64,000 nt of DNA from Trypanosoma brucei. Taxonomy: Eukaryota. The notes under the pieces were generated by a model. That model ran no database searches and was not told the DNA's origin. It was given only the letters and a program-made list of their open reading frames with translations. Below are positions 9,606-21,300 of the stretch, in pieces. Location of the stretch: contig CP000071.1 of the NCBI GenBank assembly GCA_000002445.1, positions 928,001-992,000 on the forward strand, in the 5' to 3' direction. The position numbers and the translations under genes were made by a program. Position 1 is the first letter of the stretch. Each line of letters opens with the position of its first letter.

Positions 9606-11276
9606 ATGCAGCAGCAACAGCCCGTCATTGTGCTCAACCAGAAGATGGAGCGGCAGACTGGCCGCAAGGCACAGTTGAACAACATCGAGGCAGCTCGTGT
9701 TGTCTCTGGTCTTATCAGTAGCACACTGGGACCGTGTGCTATGTTGAAGATGATCCTCGACCCAATGGGTGGCACAGTTCTCACCAACGATGGAAATTGC
9801 ATCCTTCGTGAGATTGACGTCGTACACCCGGCAGCCAAACACATGTTGGAGCTCGCACGCGCCCAGGATGAGGAAGTGGGTGACGGGACCACGTCTGTTA
9901 TTATCCTCACAGGTGAAATTCTCAGCCTTTCCAAACCGCTTCTTGAGCGCGGCATCCACCCACTGAAGATAGTGAAGGGATTTTCCCTTGCGCTTACGGA
10001 TGCACTTGCCGCAATTGAGAAGATCGCCACATCTATTGACCCAAACGACATAAAGCAGTTGGAAGAGGTTGTTCGCGCTTGCCTTGGAACGAAGTACAAT
10101 TCTCATGAGGACGACCTTATGTGTAAGATGGCTGTGGAGGCCACGTTACGTGTCGTGGTAGAGAACAAAGTGACCGGCCAAAAGGAAGTGGACATCAAGC
10201 GTTATGCCAAGATAGAGAAAATCCCAGGCGGATCTGTTTCTGATAGCGTTGTGCTCGATGGCGTGATGTTCAACAAGGACCATATTCATCCGAAGATGCG
10301 GCGCTACATTGAGAAGCCGCGCATTCTGCTGCTGGATTGTCCTCTGGAGTATAAGAAGCCGGAAACCACCATCAACGTCGAGGTTGGACAGGCCACTGAC
10401 TGGGAACTGCTGCTCAAGCAAGAGGAGGACTACGTGCGCGGCCTCTGCCAGACCATCATTTCCTTTAAACCGGATGTTGTTATCACTGAGAAAGGTGCTT
10501 CGGACCTCGCGGCTCACTTCCTGCACAAGGCGCAGATCACGTGCATTCGCCGTTTGCGTAAGACTGACAACAATCGTATTGCACGTGCCACGGGTGCCAC
10601 GATTATTAGTCGCGTGGCGGAGCTAACGGAGGACCACATCGGCCATGCAGGGTTGATGGAGATCAAGAAGATAGGGGACGAGTACTTCACATTCATCACC
10701 GGTTGCACATCTGGAAAGGCCTGCAGTGTAGTGCTGCGCGGAGCAAGCAAAGATACGATCAATGAGATGGAGCGCAACCTGCACGATGCCATGTGTGTTG
10801 CACGCAACATTATTCTTGAGCCACGTGTAGTGTACGGTGCGTCCGCGCTTGAAATGTACGTTTCCTCATACCTCATGAACCGTTCCAAGAGTATCACGGG
10901 GGTACAGCAGGCGGCGTATCAAGCCGTGGCAATGGCGTTGGAGGTTGTCCCACGCATTCTCACAAGCAATTGCGGGGCGAATGTAATCCGCACTGTAACG
11001 GAACTGCGCGCCCGCCACGCGATGCCCGACGGTGATTACTGGGGCGTCGATGGCACCACAGGTGACATTGTGGACGTGCGTTCCTTAAGGGTGGTAGAGC
11101 CGGCAGCGGTGAAGGTGCAGGCACTGAAGACGGCTATCGAGGCGGCGTCGATGATTCTTCGAGTGGATGATGTTGTGTCTGGAACCAAGCTTCGTCATGA
11201 GAAGGAGAACAAGCCGGCGCCAGCAGCCGCACAAGGAGCGGCTGATGACGAGCAAGGTGAGGCTGAAGCTGCCTAA
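9606..11276 (+). CDS. CCT3: T-complex protein 1 subunit gamma (CCT3 chaperonin)
   Basis: The N-terminus QQPVIVLNQKMERQTGRKAQLNNIEAARVVSGLISSTLGP...LDPMGGTVLTNDGNCILREIDVVHPAAKHMLELARAQDEEVGDGTTSVIILTGE matches CCT gamma almost motif for motif (GDGTTS ATP-binding). The ORF-track GTG start at 9507 was corrected to the ATG at 9606 (MQQQQPVIVL). Confidence 0.9.
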   Translation: MQQQQPVIVLNQKMERQTGRKAQLNNIEAARVVSGLISSTLGPCAMLKMILDPMGGTVLTNDGNCILREIDVVHPAAKHMLELARAQDEEVGDGTTSVIILTGEILSLSKPLLERGIHPLKIVKGFSLALTDALAAIEKIATSIDPNDIKQLEEVVRACLGTKYNSHEDDLMCKMAVEATLRVVVENKVTGQKEVDIKRYAKIEKIPGGSVSDSVVLDGVMFNKDHIHPKMRRYIEKPRILLLDCPLEYKKPETTINVEVGQATDWELLLKQEEDYVRGLCQTIISFKPDVVITEKGASDLAAHFLHKAQITCIRRLRKTDNNRIARATGATIISRVAELTEDHIGHAGLMEIKKIGDEYFTFITGCTSGKACSVVLRGASKDTINEMERNLHDAMCVARNIILEPRVVYGASALEMYVSSYLMNRSKSITGVQQAAYQAVAMALEVVPRILTSNCGANVIRTVTELRARHAMPDGDYWGVDGTTGDIVDVRSLRVVEPAAVKVQALKTAIEAASMILRVDDVVSGTKLRHEKENKPAPAAAQGAADDEQGEAEAA

Positions 11277-11939
11277 CTTCATCGTGGAGTTGTTTACAGC
11301 GTCCCCACTTTCTCCCTTACTTTTTTCCTATTCCTTATATCAAATTCATACATGCTCGTGGGCATGTGGGCAGTGAGATTTGTGGACCGTTTCTTTTTTT
11401 TTTTTCTTTAACGGGACGGTGCATCACTGCACCTTTAGTATTGTCTTTCGGGAGGGGCCGGAGGTGCGTGTGTGTGGGCTATATAGTGAATGTTTGAGCC
11501 GCCGAGGTCCATGTCACATTTGGTTCCTTCCCCCACATGTGACCTGGCTCTCTCTCTCTCTATTCATCTGTGCCACAACCGCCATCATTCAAAATATTAT
11601 TTGTAACCGGCACCGAAATATAATTGTAAGTAGCGGCAATAGCAGTGATAGAAGAATAAGAAAGATTTGATGGACTCCTCCGGTGCCTGCCCCGTCGTGC
11701 CCGGCGTCTGTAGTGCGTAACGGCGAGATTTCGATATGAGAAGGAACCAAGAAAGAGGGAAAAGGAGCTGAACAAGCAAAGGATTGTGAAGGTGCAGCAA
11801 GCGTTAGCGTTAGAAAAATGATTGATTGTAGGGTGTGGAAACGAATGATAGGGAAAGAGAAATATATGAGTGAGACGGGGGTAAAAAAAAAAAAAAGACA
11901 AGCGGAAGTGATGCTTGTCTGAAGTAAAAGCCGTGACGG

Positions 11940-12110
11940 CCGATTGTGGTGTGACTTTAAGAAACCATAAGAATGCTAAGAAACCAAGGAAAACAGAACA
12001 AAAGAAAAAGAAAAGAAAGGAGCAACTAAAAAGAAGAAACGAAAGGAAGCTTCAAAAAAAAGAAAAGAGAACGAAGTAAAAGCAATACAAAATACAACAC
12101 GTAACTGTTA
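11940..12110. repeat. polypurine (A/G-rich) low-complexity tract
   Basis: ~170 nt that are almost entirely A/G (aaaccaaggaaaacagaacaaaagaaaaagaaaagaaaggagcaactaaaaagaagaaacgaaagg...), in the long CCT3 downstream spacer. Confidence 0.8.
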
Positions 12111-13509
12111 ACAGTAATGAAGACTGGGATGGGTGCATTATTAGATACTCACAGCATTACTGGGGGGTCGGAGTTTGGTCTTGTGCACTGTTTTTTTTTT
12201 GTGTGTGTGTATGTGAGGAGGGATGTGGCGTCCTTAAACGTCGACGGCGGTAAAAAGGAGTGGAACTCGGGGGCAAGGAGGAATACACTTGAATTCTTTA
12301 CAGTTCATCGCATTTCTCCGTAAATCCTCGTTTTTGTGGGGTTTCGTACTTGAAGCCTCCTCCCGCTTATTGTTTCTTTTCCTCTTTTATATGTTTTTTT
12401 TTGGTGTTCTATTCCGTAGCCTCGCCTTCCTCAGTTTTGTGTACGTCGCTCGCGGGAATTCTGCACACTTCTTCCCTCTCCTTTGTTGCAGATGAGGGTG
12501 ACATTCAATATGAAGCCAATGGGCGTTTTTGTGTGAATGTGTGGGCGAATGAAAACACGACCGCTTTGCTGACGATGGCCGGACTTGTGAATTCCAGATG
12601 AGAAGAAGCAGATACAAATGAAAACAACTTTCGCACTCCTCCTCCTTCCTTATATAAGAGAGCATGTGGGTGTTGCGCTGATTCTGGCCGTTCTTTGGTT
12701 TCCCCACCTATTTCCTTTTGTGGTTGTCTCAAAATACCTCCTGTTTCCTCGTGTTTCCTTTCACTTGTTACTGTTTCGTGATCAAACTTCTTTTTTTTCT
12801 GTCGTGGATCTCCTCCCTCCATAAAGTCTTGCTTCCCAACAAACCGGTAAGTAGTATAAAAAAGCAAGGTACATCAAGTAATAGCAGGTGAAACTGAAGG
12901 CGACTTTGTTGCTGTAGTTTCTCTTTTATTTTTTAGAGGGAAAAGGTCCCTTCGTTATTTTTGGTTGCGTCTCTGGTTTGTTTTCTTCTACACGTACCCG
13001 CGTGGAGTTTGGGCTCACTGATATAGACACTCTTATAGCTGAAAAGGAAGGTTCGGAAGAGAGAGGGTCTCAGTGTGTGTGTGTGTTTCCCTTTTATCTG
13101 ATCTCTTCTTTTGACCGTTAGACTTGCCGGTGTTTCTGAGGACCCCGACAATTAACGTTCGATATTCCTTAGCGTATTGCGGCGTGTCTCCATCGCCTGC
13201 AGGGCGCTGAAAAGAGAAAAAGGATACGCCAGGTAGCCCTAACAAACTACTAAAGACTGCTGCAGTGTTGGCCGTTGGTTTGGTTGTTGAAGTGAGTGAA
13301 AGGGCGGGGAGGGCACTGAAATTGAGGTTGAAGAAGCTCATAAGTATCCGGTCATCCGCCTCGCGGGACACCAACGCAGCCGGTGCAGCACACCATAAAC
13401 GCAACTGATAGAAATACTTGAGGCCACAAAAGACCGTAGAAATCACATATATATTTCAGAGGGTGGGTGTTGGGGGTAACACATTTAAAAGCGTCATTTC
13501 TTCGTTTGG

Positions 13510-14022
13510 ATGTTCCGCATCTCATTCACTTCCCTCGCCGGGGGCCTTATGCGCAAGGCGGGAAGGTCAGCGAAAGGAATGAGTGTAGTGGATCCCTCTG
13601 CTGTTGAATCGCTTAGTGAAATGGATAGTGCGGATATCATAAAACCGTCCAGCAGTGGTAGTCGCAAAGGCCGGCGGAGTCGGCGAGCGGGTACAGAGGC
13701 GGGCGAGGAAGGGAAAGGGGAATCCGCTTTTGCCGAATCCACCGGGTTTGTTCCCGTAGACAACGCTTCCATGGGCATTGTTGGTTATAAGGGAAAACAT
13801 AGTGAGGCAAAAGTACTGGAGTTAGCGGAGCGCATGCAGCGACGGGACATCACAGGTGAGGTGCCAGTTGCATCATTCGCATATGAAATACTGAAATCAC
13901 ATCCGTCGGTGCGACAAATGGGGTTGCGGGAACGTATGTCTTTTCTGTGTGACCGTTGGGAGCGGCTGAGCGACAGGCAGCGGAAGGCATACTTAGACAA
14001 CCCACTGAAAGGTCTGTTGTAG
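13510..14022 (+). CDS. hypothetical basic protein, lineage-specific
   Basis: ATG-initiated 170-aa ORF on the coding strand, in a gene-sized slot between two polypyrimidine-containing spacers. No confident family assignment. There is a weak HMG-box-like C-terminus (LSDRQRKAYLDNP). Confidence 0.3.
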   Translation: MFRISFTSLAGGLMRKAGRSAKGMSVVDPSAVESLSEMDSADIIKPSSSGSRKGRRSRRAGTEAGEEGKGESAFAESTGFVPVDNASMGIVGYKGKHSEAKVLELAERMQRRDITGEVPVASFAYEILKSHPSVRQMGLRERMSFLCDRWERLSDRQRKAYLDNPLKGLL

Positions 14023-14261
14023 GCAGCACAGAACATTTTCCGTGTTGTGCCCTGTGTATGGGCGGGAGCACACACATTCACAAAAGATTATGATGGTTTT
14101 GGAAACTATTCGCACAAGTGGCAGGAGCGGCAACATGGGAGCCGAAGAAGTGTTAGACGACTGAACGTTACGGTTAAGAAGCGGACGGATGTAACTGAGG
14201 CGCGTTGACCACACGACGAGGAAGGGAAGAATATTTCTTTTACCCCTACCCAGAGATACAC

Positions 14262-14267
14262 ATATAT

Positions 14268-14307
<40 letters not shown>

Positions 14308-14332
14308 GTGTGTGTGTACGCATGCGTGTAGT
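14262..14332. repeat. compound (TA)n-(TG)n microsatellite
   Basis: catatatgtatatatatatatatatatatatgtatgtgtgtgtgtgtgtgtgtgtacgcatgcgtg; perfect dinucleotide runs of about 11 (TA) and 10 (TG) units. Confidence 0.9.
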
Positions 14333-14935
14333 ATTGTCCTCTTGCCCTATTTTCCAGCAGAGATCAACTTACTTTACCGAGTATCCGTCAATTCTCATCT
14401 CCTAACCGTTGCTTCTTCATAGAGATCGCGCCACCATTGTCACTACTGTTACTATTTGTTTTTTTTTCACACTACCCCTCTTGTAGAACGTACTGGGGCG
14501 ATGTGGTTGGAGTCCTGTTGGAGACGAAGCAGACTTCGCAGCCCTGGTGCTTTATTTCTCTGCTTTCTTTAGACGAAAATGGGAATCATCATTGGCAAGA
14601 AGTTATCAATGTTCGGTACGTGCATGAGGTCAGAATGTTGGAGGAGAATAAAAAGTGATGTGTGGTGGACGTGACACGCTTGTGACGGTCACAATGAGCT
14701 CATCCCTTTGTTGCAGAAGGACGCGTGAATATGCACAAAAAGGTCATGAAACCGCTCACGTGAACATATTACGTATTCCTAACCATTTCTACTTCATGTC
14801 GCACTGCATAGCGCATGATTCTGTCTTTTCCCTGCGTCTGTGACCAACTTGTGCATGCCCCTTTCTCTCGTCATTTTTTTTTCCAGCTGCCGTGTTGCTC
14901 ACAGAGTGGATCAGGCTGACTAGGGCAGCTAGGGA

Positions 14936-17326
14936 ATGCAAGATAAGGCGGTGCAAAAGGCGCTAATGGAGAAACGTGCACGGTTACTTCTTGGAGTCCG
15001 CATGAATTACGCCCCGTTTTCATTCATGCGGCGCCGTAGAATAACGGCTGCTGCACTTCCAGTGGCTGAACGGTCTGACCCGCTCAGCATCTGTTACCGT
15101 TGCGTGCATGAACGTCCCTTTGTGGAGCCCCCACCGGAAGGCGACAACAACTCGGACGGTGAAGCTTATGAGACAGCCCGTGATGCACTGCTCCAGCTTA
15201 ATATGATGGTGCGCCGTGGTATTGAGCCCGATGCCCTCATGTACACTTCTCTCATTGCGACCATGGGTCGGGCTCGGTTGGAGTGGCAGGCGTACAAACT
15301 GTTTTCTCGCATGCTGGAGAGCGGTATCCGACCGCTTCCCGAGACGTACGTGGCTTTGCACGACGCAACGTCTCCGAGGCGACACCATCTTCGGTGTGAC
15401 TTACAACAGAAAATCGAAGAGTCTCTTGAGACGTTTCCTGAGGAACTTGCGGAGGCTGAGTTGCAGCTACAGCGGGAAAGGGACAGATTATGTGTGCAGA
15501 AATTCGAGGAGTACATGAGCGGTGTGCTGCCACCGGCGCCACCACCGCCACCGTCGGAGCAAGAGGCTATTTCTGTGCGGGACAAGGAGCGTGAAGGAGA
15601 TCGGTCGTCATCTTTTGGTGGGGGATCAAATGCTGCGGGGTTGGGAAAAAGTGATGCGAAACCCATCGCCACAATGCATATACGGAACCCCACAGACGCA
15701 TGGAGCACCGCTCGGATGATGGATGAGCAGCAGAAGCTTGGAAATCAGCGAGCTCAGGGTAGTACGGCAATTTCCCTGTGTGAGCAACTAGACAAACTCC
15801 ATGAAGAGGAGCTGCGCATATTTCTTTCCGCTCAGAGGCAGCTACGGCACGGAAACAAAACCGACCTAGTAAAGCGTGTTCTTCACTGCGTCAGTGAAAA
15901 GAGCATTCGAGATATGCTGGAGCGTCGCAAGCATTACTTCCAGTCGGTGGCCCACATTTTGGAAAATGACTTGAATTCCCTTCGTCGCGACGGGATCATG
16001 GCGGAGAATAAGGCAGACGAGAGTGTTAATAATGAAGGTACTGATGCAATTCCATCTGCTGCCAACAGTGGTGGCTCCCAGCCCGTAATAATTTCGTATG
16101 CTTGTGGTGTAGACCAGACGATAACGGCAGAGGAAAAAGAATCGGTTGCTCCTGATTTCCTTCACACACCGTGGGGTATTCTGCGTAAGCCAGTTCGTCA
16201 TACTTCTACAGGGGAAAAGTCACGTAGCATTGATCGACTGCAACGTCTCTCGCTGAACGTAGACGAGCTGCAGCTTGTGCGCAGCAAAGCATCTACTGGC
16301 GATCTTGACGAGCTTCCGGAGAGTTTACTCCGACGTTACGCGTACCAGTTTTCCCTGACATGGAAGCGGCGGCACCCGCTCTCGCTCCTGGAAGCCGTGC
16401 AGTGGCACTCTACCACGCTCCTTCCGCAACAGCTTAACGAGGAAGGCGGCGCATCCCCCACACCAGCTCTGCGTCGCCAGCAGGAGGATGAGGGTGTGCA
16501 CAAGACGCTGGAGAATTATGAAGCTTTTCGCATTATTTCGCAGCGGACAAACAATCTGCAGGTGGTGGACAATAAGGAGATTAACTTACACTTGAAAGCT
16601 ATCCGCCGTGAAGCTCTCAGGAAGGAGCGGCGGGCAGAGGAAACGTTGCGGCGCGAGCACAGTCTACTTGAAGCGGCGGCGCTCGCGGCTTCAGCGAAGT
16701 CCTTCACGCCACCTGAGGAGGATATGGTTCCTTCATCGCGTGTGCTTGGTGTGGATGCAGAGCACAATAATGACAACGAAAGTAGCGGCCGGCTTCTGCC
16801 AACCTCCTCAGATTGGGAAAAGGGGGAATCGCAAGAAGATGAACCAAAAGAGCTGCCGCCTTGGGCAATTTTCAATGGCGAGGAGGAATTTAACATGACA
16901 ACGGGACGTTTTGGTGACCCACGTATCGGCCGCTACCAGGAGCTCAGTGACGGCCGCTTCAAAATCCTTCCCTCCCGTGAGGCACAGTCGCGCTGGACAG
17001 TGAACCGACAGCTTCTTCCGGGAGCCCTGCAGGATACATTACAGCGTGCGGAATTACAACAAAAGACTCGCGTAGAAGCTGTGGAGAAGGTACATCAGGA
17101 GAAGCTTAAGTTCAAACGTTACCGCAAGTGGGATGCGTTTCTGCGAAAAGCGCAGGATAAGCAGAAAGGGAAGCCCCAAACCGACGATAAGGAAGGAGAC
17201 GGGGATGGTAAAAAGAGCGCTGGGCCGCTTCCTGCGAAAAAGCGACTCTCTCTGTTACTGCGCAAAGGGAAAGATAAGGCACCCATTGACGATGCTGTTA
17301 AGGCTAAGTATTGCAAAACTCTGTAA
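14936..17326 (+). CDS. pentatricopeptide-repeat (PPR) protein with SAP-like motif, probable mitochondrial RNA-binding protein
   Basis: PPR-like helical repeat (LMYTSLIATMGRARLEWQAYKLFSRMLESGIRPLPETYVALHDA). SAP-like motif (LCEQLDKLHEEELRIFLSAQRQLRHGNKTDLVKRVLHCV). Arg/Phe-rich N-terminus consistent with a mitochondrial presequence. K/E-rich C-terminus. Confidence 0.5.
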   Translation: MQDKAVQKALMEKRARLLLGVRMNYAPFSFMRRRRITAAALPVAERSDPLSICYRCVHERPFVEPPPEGDNNSDGEAYETARDALLQLNMMVRRGIEPDALMYTSLIATMGRARLEWQAYKLFSRMLESGIRPLPETYVALHDATSPRRHHLRCDLQQKIEESLETFPEELAEAELQLQRERDRLCVQKFEEYMSGVLPPAPPPPPSEQEAISVRDKEREGDRSSSFGGGSNAAGLGKSDAKPIATMHIRNPTDAWSTARMMDEQQKLGNQRAQGSTAISLCEQLDKLHEEELRIFLSAQRQLRHGNKTDLVKRVLHCVSEKSIRDMLERRKHYFQSVAHILENDLNSLRRDGIMAENKADESVNNEGTDAIPSAANSGGSQPVIISYACGVDQTITAEEKESVAPDFLHTPWGILRKPVRHTSTGEKSRSIDRLQRLSLNVDELQLVRSKASTGDLDELPESLLRRYAYQFSLTWKRRHPLSLLEAVQWHSTTLLPQQLNEEGGASPTPALRRQQEDEGVHKTLENYEAFRIISQRTNNLQVVDNKEINLHLKAIRREALRKERRAEETLRREHSLLEAAALAASAKSFTPPEEDMVPSSRVLGVDAEHNNDNESSGRLLPTSSDWEKGESQEDEPKELPPWAIFNGEEEFNMTTGRFGDPRIGRYQELSDGRFKILPSREAQSRWTVNRQLLPGALQDTLQRAELQQKTRVEAVEKVHQEKLKFKRYRKWDAFLRKAQDKQKGKPQTDDKEGDGDGKKSAGPLPAKKRLSLLLRKGKDKAPIDDAVKAKYCKTL

Positions 17327-18307
17327 CGTCTAAGGTGATCCGGAAGGTGAGCAACGGTGCGTGCGCAACAGTTAAGAACAAAGATACATATGTGAGCAAG
17401 CAACGGTTGTGAAGGTTGGAGGCAACTCGTTTGTGTACAATTCGAGTCACTGTTTTTATCGTCGCGTGTCTTTGCTATGTCTTTTTAACGGGTGAAACTT
17501 CTTCCCTTCATTACGGTGTTTGTGTTGCGGTCCTCTCACGCTGATTTTGTGAGAAATATATTCTCATCCCGACTCTTCGCTGTATCTCCCACTCTTCTTT
17601 GACTTGGTTATAGTAGGTAATAGTGCTTGTTGTGTATCGCATCTCTGATTAGTCCACTGTTGCTTGACCGCACCGCAAGGGGCTATCCCCCGTGAAGATT
17701 ACAAATCCCAATGATTTGCCGCCATTGATCGACAGAAATGCTCAGCCAGGCGTACTCAGTTGGGGGAGATGTAGTTTTGAGACGGTCGTTTTTGGGTGGG
17801 GGAACACGGCTATATCCGTGAAAAGGGTGCTGGGACACGCTATTTGTAAGTCTTTGATGTCAGTTCCGGCTGTTTCTCTGCGGGTAATCGTACTCAGGAT
17901 GGCGCATTGGCGACCCTCTTACACTTTCTTCATTCTCCTAATTACGTTTGGTTTACCTTTCATGTCTTTTCACTCCCCCCTTTTCTCAACCCATTTCCTC
18001 CATTATCCTCCCCTTGAAGCGCCTTGTACTCGGGGGTCTGTTCTGGCAGCAGCGCCTTTGGTGCCGTCGTCCTAACTCGGCGGGTCCTTCGCTTGAACTC
18101 GAGGGTCACAGCGAGTGGGTGATTTCGCAAACACTTTGGCGGGAGGAATAGAAAGAACCGTATAGCCTCGCAAAAACAACGCCAAGGGTGGCGTCAACGT
18201 TTTCACAGGATATATATACGTACATTATATAGGTATCAGTATAAGTTTTCACGTGTTTGAATAGACTACAACCATAGTTTTCTACCTGTTCTCTTAGTTA
18301 CTGCGCT

Positions 18308-21300
18308 ATGTCCGGGCGCCGGGGGACGGTGAGAAGTGCTGAAGAGTGGCGGGATGCTTTCTACAACCTTGACGAACGGCATCGGCAGCTGCAGCGTAAA
18401 CTGAATGAGCAAGAACGAGAGATGAAGTTGTTGAAGGTATCGCAAAGACGAAGGTCGGCTCCCGCTGCGGCGGCTTTGCCAGGTGACGCGAACCGCAGCA
18501 CGCCTGCCGTGGCACAAGCGCAGTCTGGTGGCGTGAGAGAGGTTCCTAGTGGAGTCAAATCTAGGCTAGAGGACCCTGTGGGACTGTCAACAGAGAATTC
18601 GCGCGGGCGGAACCCGGAGCGTAGTGTCCAGTTTGTTGGAGTGCCGTCGGCTGCGAGAAGGGAAGATGCGGCAGCGGCTGCGGCTGAGATCGCCAATATT
18701 TACTCGGGTGCCCCACCCCCTGATCCTTCCATGGTGTGGGGAATGGAGAACAGCATACAGAATTACGTGACTGCTAACGCTCTCTACCACGCGAATGAGG
18801 AAATGCGGCAGCGGCTAGAAGATTGCGTTGCGGTTGTTAAGTCGCTTCAGCACGAACTGGCGGCGAGCCGTGTGCTATCGAAAAACACCCAGTCACGTTT
18901 AGATGAGGCGACGCAGCAGATACAGCAGCTCGTACGCGAGCGAGACATAGCGTGTCAAAAGCTCAGTGTCGCTCAGAACGCGACAGCTGAGCTTGAACGG
19001 CAACAAAAGCAAACGTCAGTAGAGGAGGAGCGAATCCGCTTCTCCCTTGAGAGTCAAGTTACCGAACTGCGCAACCGTTTGGTGGTTGGTGCCGATAGCA
19101 ACGAACTTCTCAGCCGAGACGTGCGCACGCTATTAGCGGAGGTGCAGGAGAAAACAACGACGATTCAGGGACTGCGGTCGAAATTGTCTCTTGCTGAGAC
19201 CGCACTCGCTTCACAGCGTCATACGAATGAGAATCTCCTTGCAGAGTTTCGCAGCCTCAACAGCCAGCTTGTGGAGGAACGGAAGCGGTTGCTCGCCATG
19301 ACGCAGGAGGTACACCTAGCGAACATGCGTGCCGGCGATATCAGGGACGCAGAGGCACGGCTTGCCGCTGTTGTAAACGATAGAACCGCTCTCGAGCGTG
19401 AGCACGCGAGGCTTATGGAAAGCCTTGTAACTGTCACAGAAGGTGCGCTTGCTATGGCGCGTGCGGAAGTGAAACAGGATTTAGATGAGTTTCGTGGCAG
19501 CGCCGCGCACTGGGAAGAAGTCGCTCAGTTACTGTACAAGGATATTGCGCAGCGTACACAAGCACATATCCACTGCAGGGAGGAGTGCGAAGAAGCGAAG
19601 CGTGCAAGGGATGAGGCCGCAGTGGCGTTGCGCGTTGCCAATGATGAACTGCGGTCTCATCGCCTCAAACTGGACATTGTGTGGCCAACACACCGGGCTG
19701 ATACTGACGGTTTGACCCACGAGCAGATGCTTTCAATTTTTGGAAGGTACAATGTTGGTGCTAGAAGGGGAAGTCAGATGCAACAACAACAGCAATCGGA
19801 GCAACATCGACTCTCTCCTGCAGAGCCGACCCTCCCTGATGGGAAACCCCAACTCTATGACGATAACGTAGCTCTTTATGGAAGGGACTTCGTGACTGCA
19901 CTGCAGGGTGCCCCGCTGGATGAACAGGTACGTGAGCTTCAAGAAGCAAACAGCGCACTGGTGGCGGAACTTCAACGCCTTCAGGTGACAAACGAACTTC
20001 AGAAAGAGCGCCTGCGTTCGTTGGAGAGTCAATTGCAGCGTAGGCAAGAGGCGGTGGAGACTGCAACTGCGGAACTCAAAGAACGTGAAATGGCAGGACA
20101 AACCTTTCTGCAGTCCCAACTCGATCGTGTCTCGTTCTTGGAGGCGCAGGTTCGTTCACTACGTGGCTATAGCATATCACCCACGAAGTCATTGTGTGAG
20201 GTTGAGGGGAACGAAACGGTGTTTGAGCTCTTCGTGGGTCAAATTTTGTCGACAGAGACCCCTGCTGGCGTTGAGTTGCGTAACACGTTCCCCCCGGTAT
20301 TCTGTTCTATAGATTTCCTGTTGCACGAAACCGTGACCACACCCGTTGTTGCCGGTCTCAACGCTTTTCTCGATACAAGTGTTTCGTTTTGTGTTGCGAT
20401 GGATGCACTGCTGCTATGCTATTTGCAGACACGGCAGCTCCTCCTTCAGTTGCATTGTGTGCGTTCCCAAGAGGAGCTTGGTGAAACAATGGTAGATAAT
20501 GATGAAACAGGGAAGCTATGCATAGGGGAGCGGCTGTACACAACGGTGGCGGAAGGGTCCGTTAGCCTATCGGCCCTTGTAGCAGATCCCAAGCAACTAG
20601 AGGCAGATCGACCAAGCATTCGCGGCCATGTTCCGCTGCGTGACGGCTTCGGTCATCACATTGCATCTGTGGAGTTCGCGGTGACTGTCCGAACACCGTT
20701 TAGCGAGGCATTTCGTGCACTAGCCGCAGAGGGGACTAGGAGTTGGAGTTTAGCGAAACATGAAGAACAACAGCAAATGGTTCAAGATCCGGTGTCAACA
20801 GTTCTGGCCGCATCTTCTTCGCGGTCTTCTCCTTTGGTGGCGGTTGTACAGAGGGACAGCCCTATATGTGAGCAAGTAGAAGGGGGCTCGGAGGTGAGGA
20901 GCGTGCGCGCCGTTTCTACTCCCAGACATGAGCGGAGAATGGTACTTGTTCCAACACCGCATCGCAGTAATGCTACTGGTCCCATATCGAGCACGTCGTC
21001 CTCTAACACTTTACTTGAGCGTTCTTCCTCCTTTACGCTCGTCCCACGTGCCGCTGCTATTGCTGCCGCCTCCGCACCTAACACTGTGCAGGCTCTCGTT
21101 GTTGACGTTTGCAAGCTTAAGCTTCCGCACGATCTATACCCTGTTCCTAGGCTTTCTTGCTACTATGCGTTAGAGCCCCTTGGCTGCAATTTGTACCTCC
21201 ACGCTCCTCCCACCGCCCGATATGAATACGAATATTTGCAGGAGGGCGGCTTCAATGGGAAACGATTCCCCATTGGATCATTGCGAGAACTACTCGCGGT

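Noticed and set aside
9440-10106. Minus-strand ORFs of 194-219 aa antisense to CCT3. Similar antisense ORFs occur at 8242-8892 opposite the sirtuin and at 50541-50999 and 51034-51627 inside the dynein gene.
   Set aside because: They overlap strongly supported + strand genes in a unidirectional array. Their translations are low-complexity (Ser/Cys/Arg-rich) with no motifs. They are typical antisense artefacts of GC-biased coding sequence.
4090-17326. Apparent clustering of mitochondrial-function genes (uS9m, RsmH-like methyltransferase, class-II sirtuin, PPR protein) as a possible functional module
   Set aside because: Kinetoplastid polycistronic units are not functionally organised. The interleaved genes (TMEM234, CCT3) are unrelated. 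Co-location is most parsimoniously coincidence.
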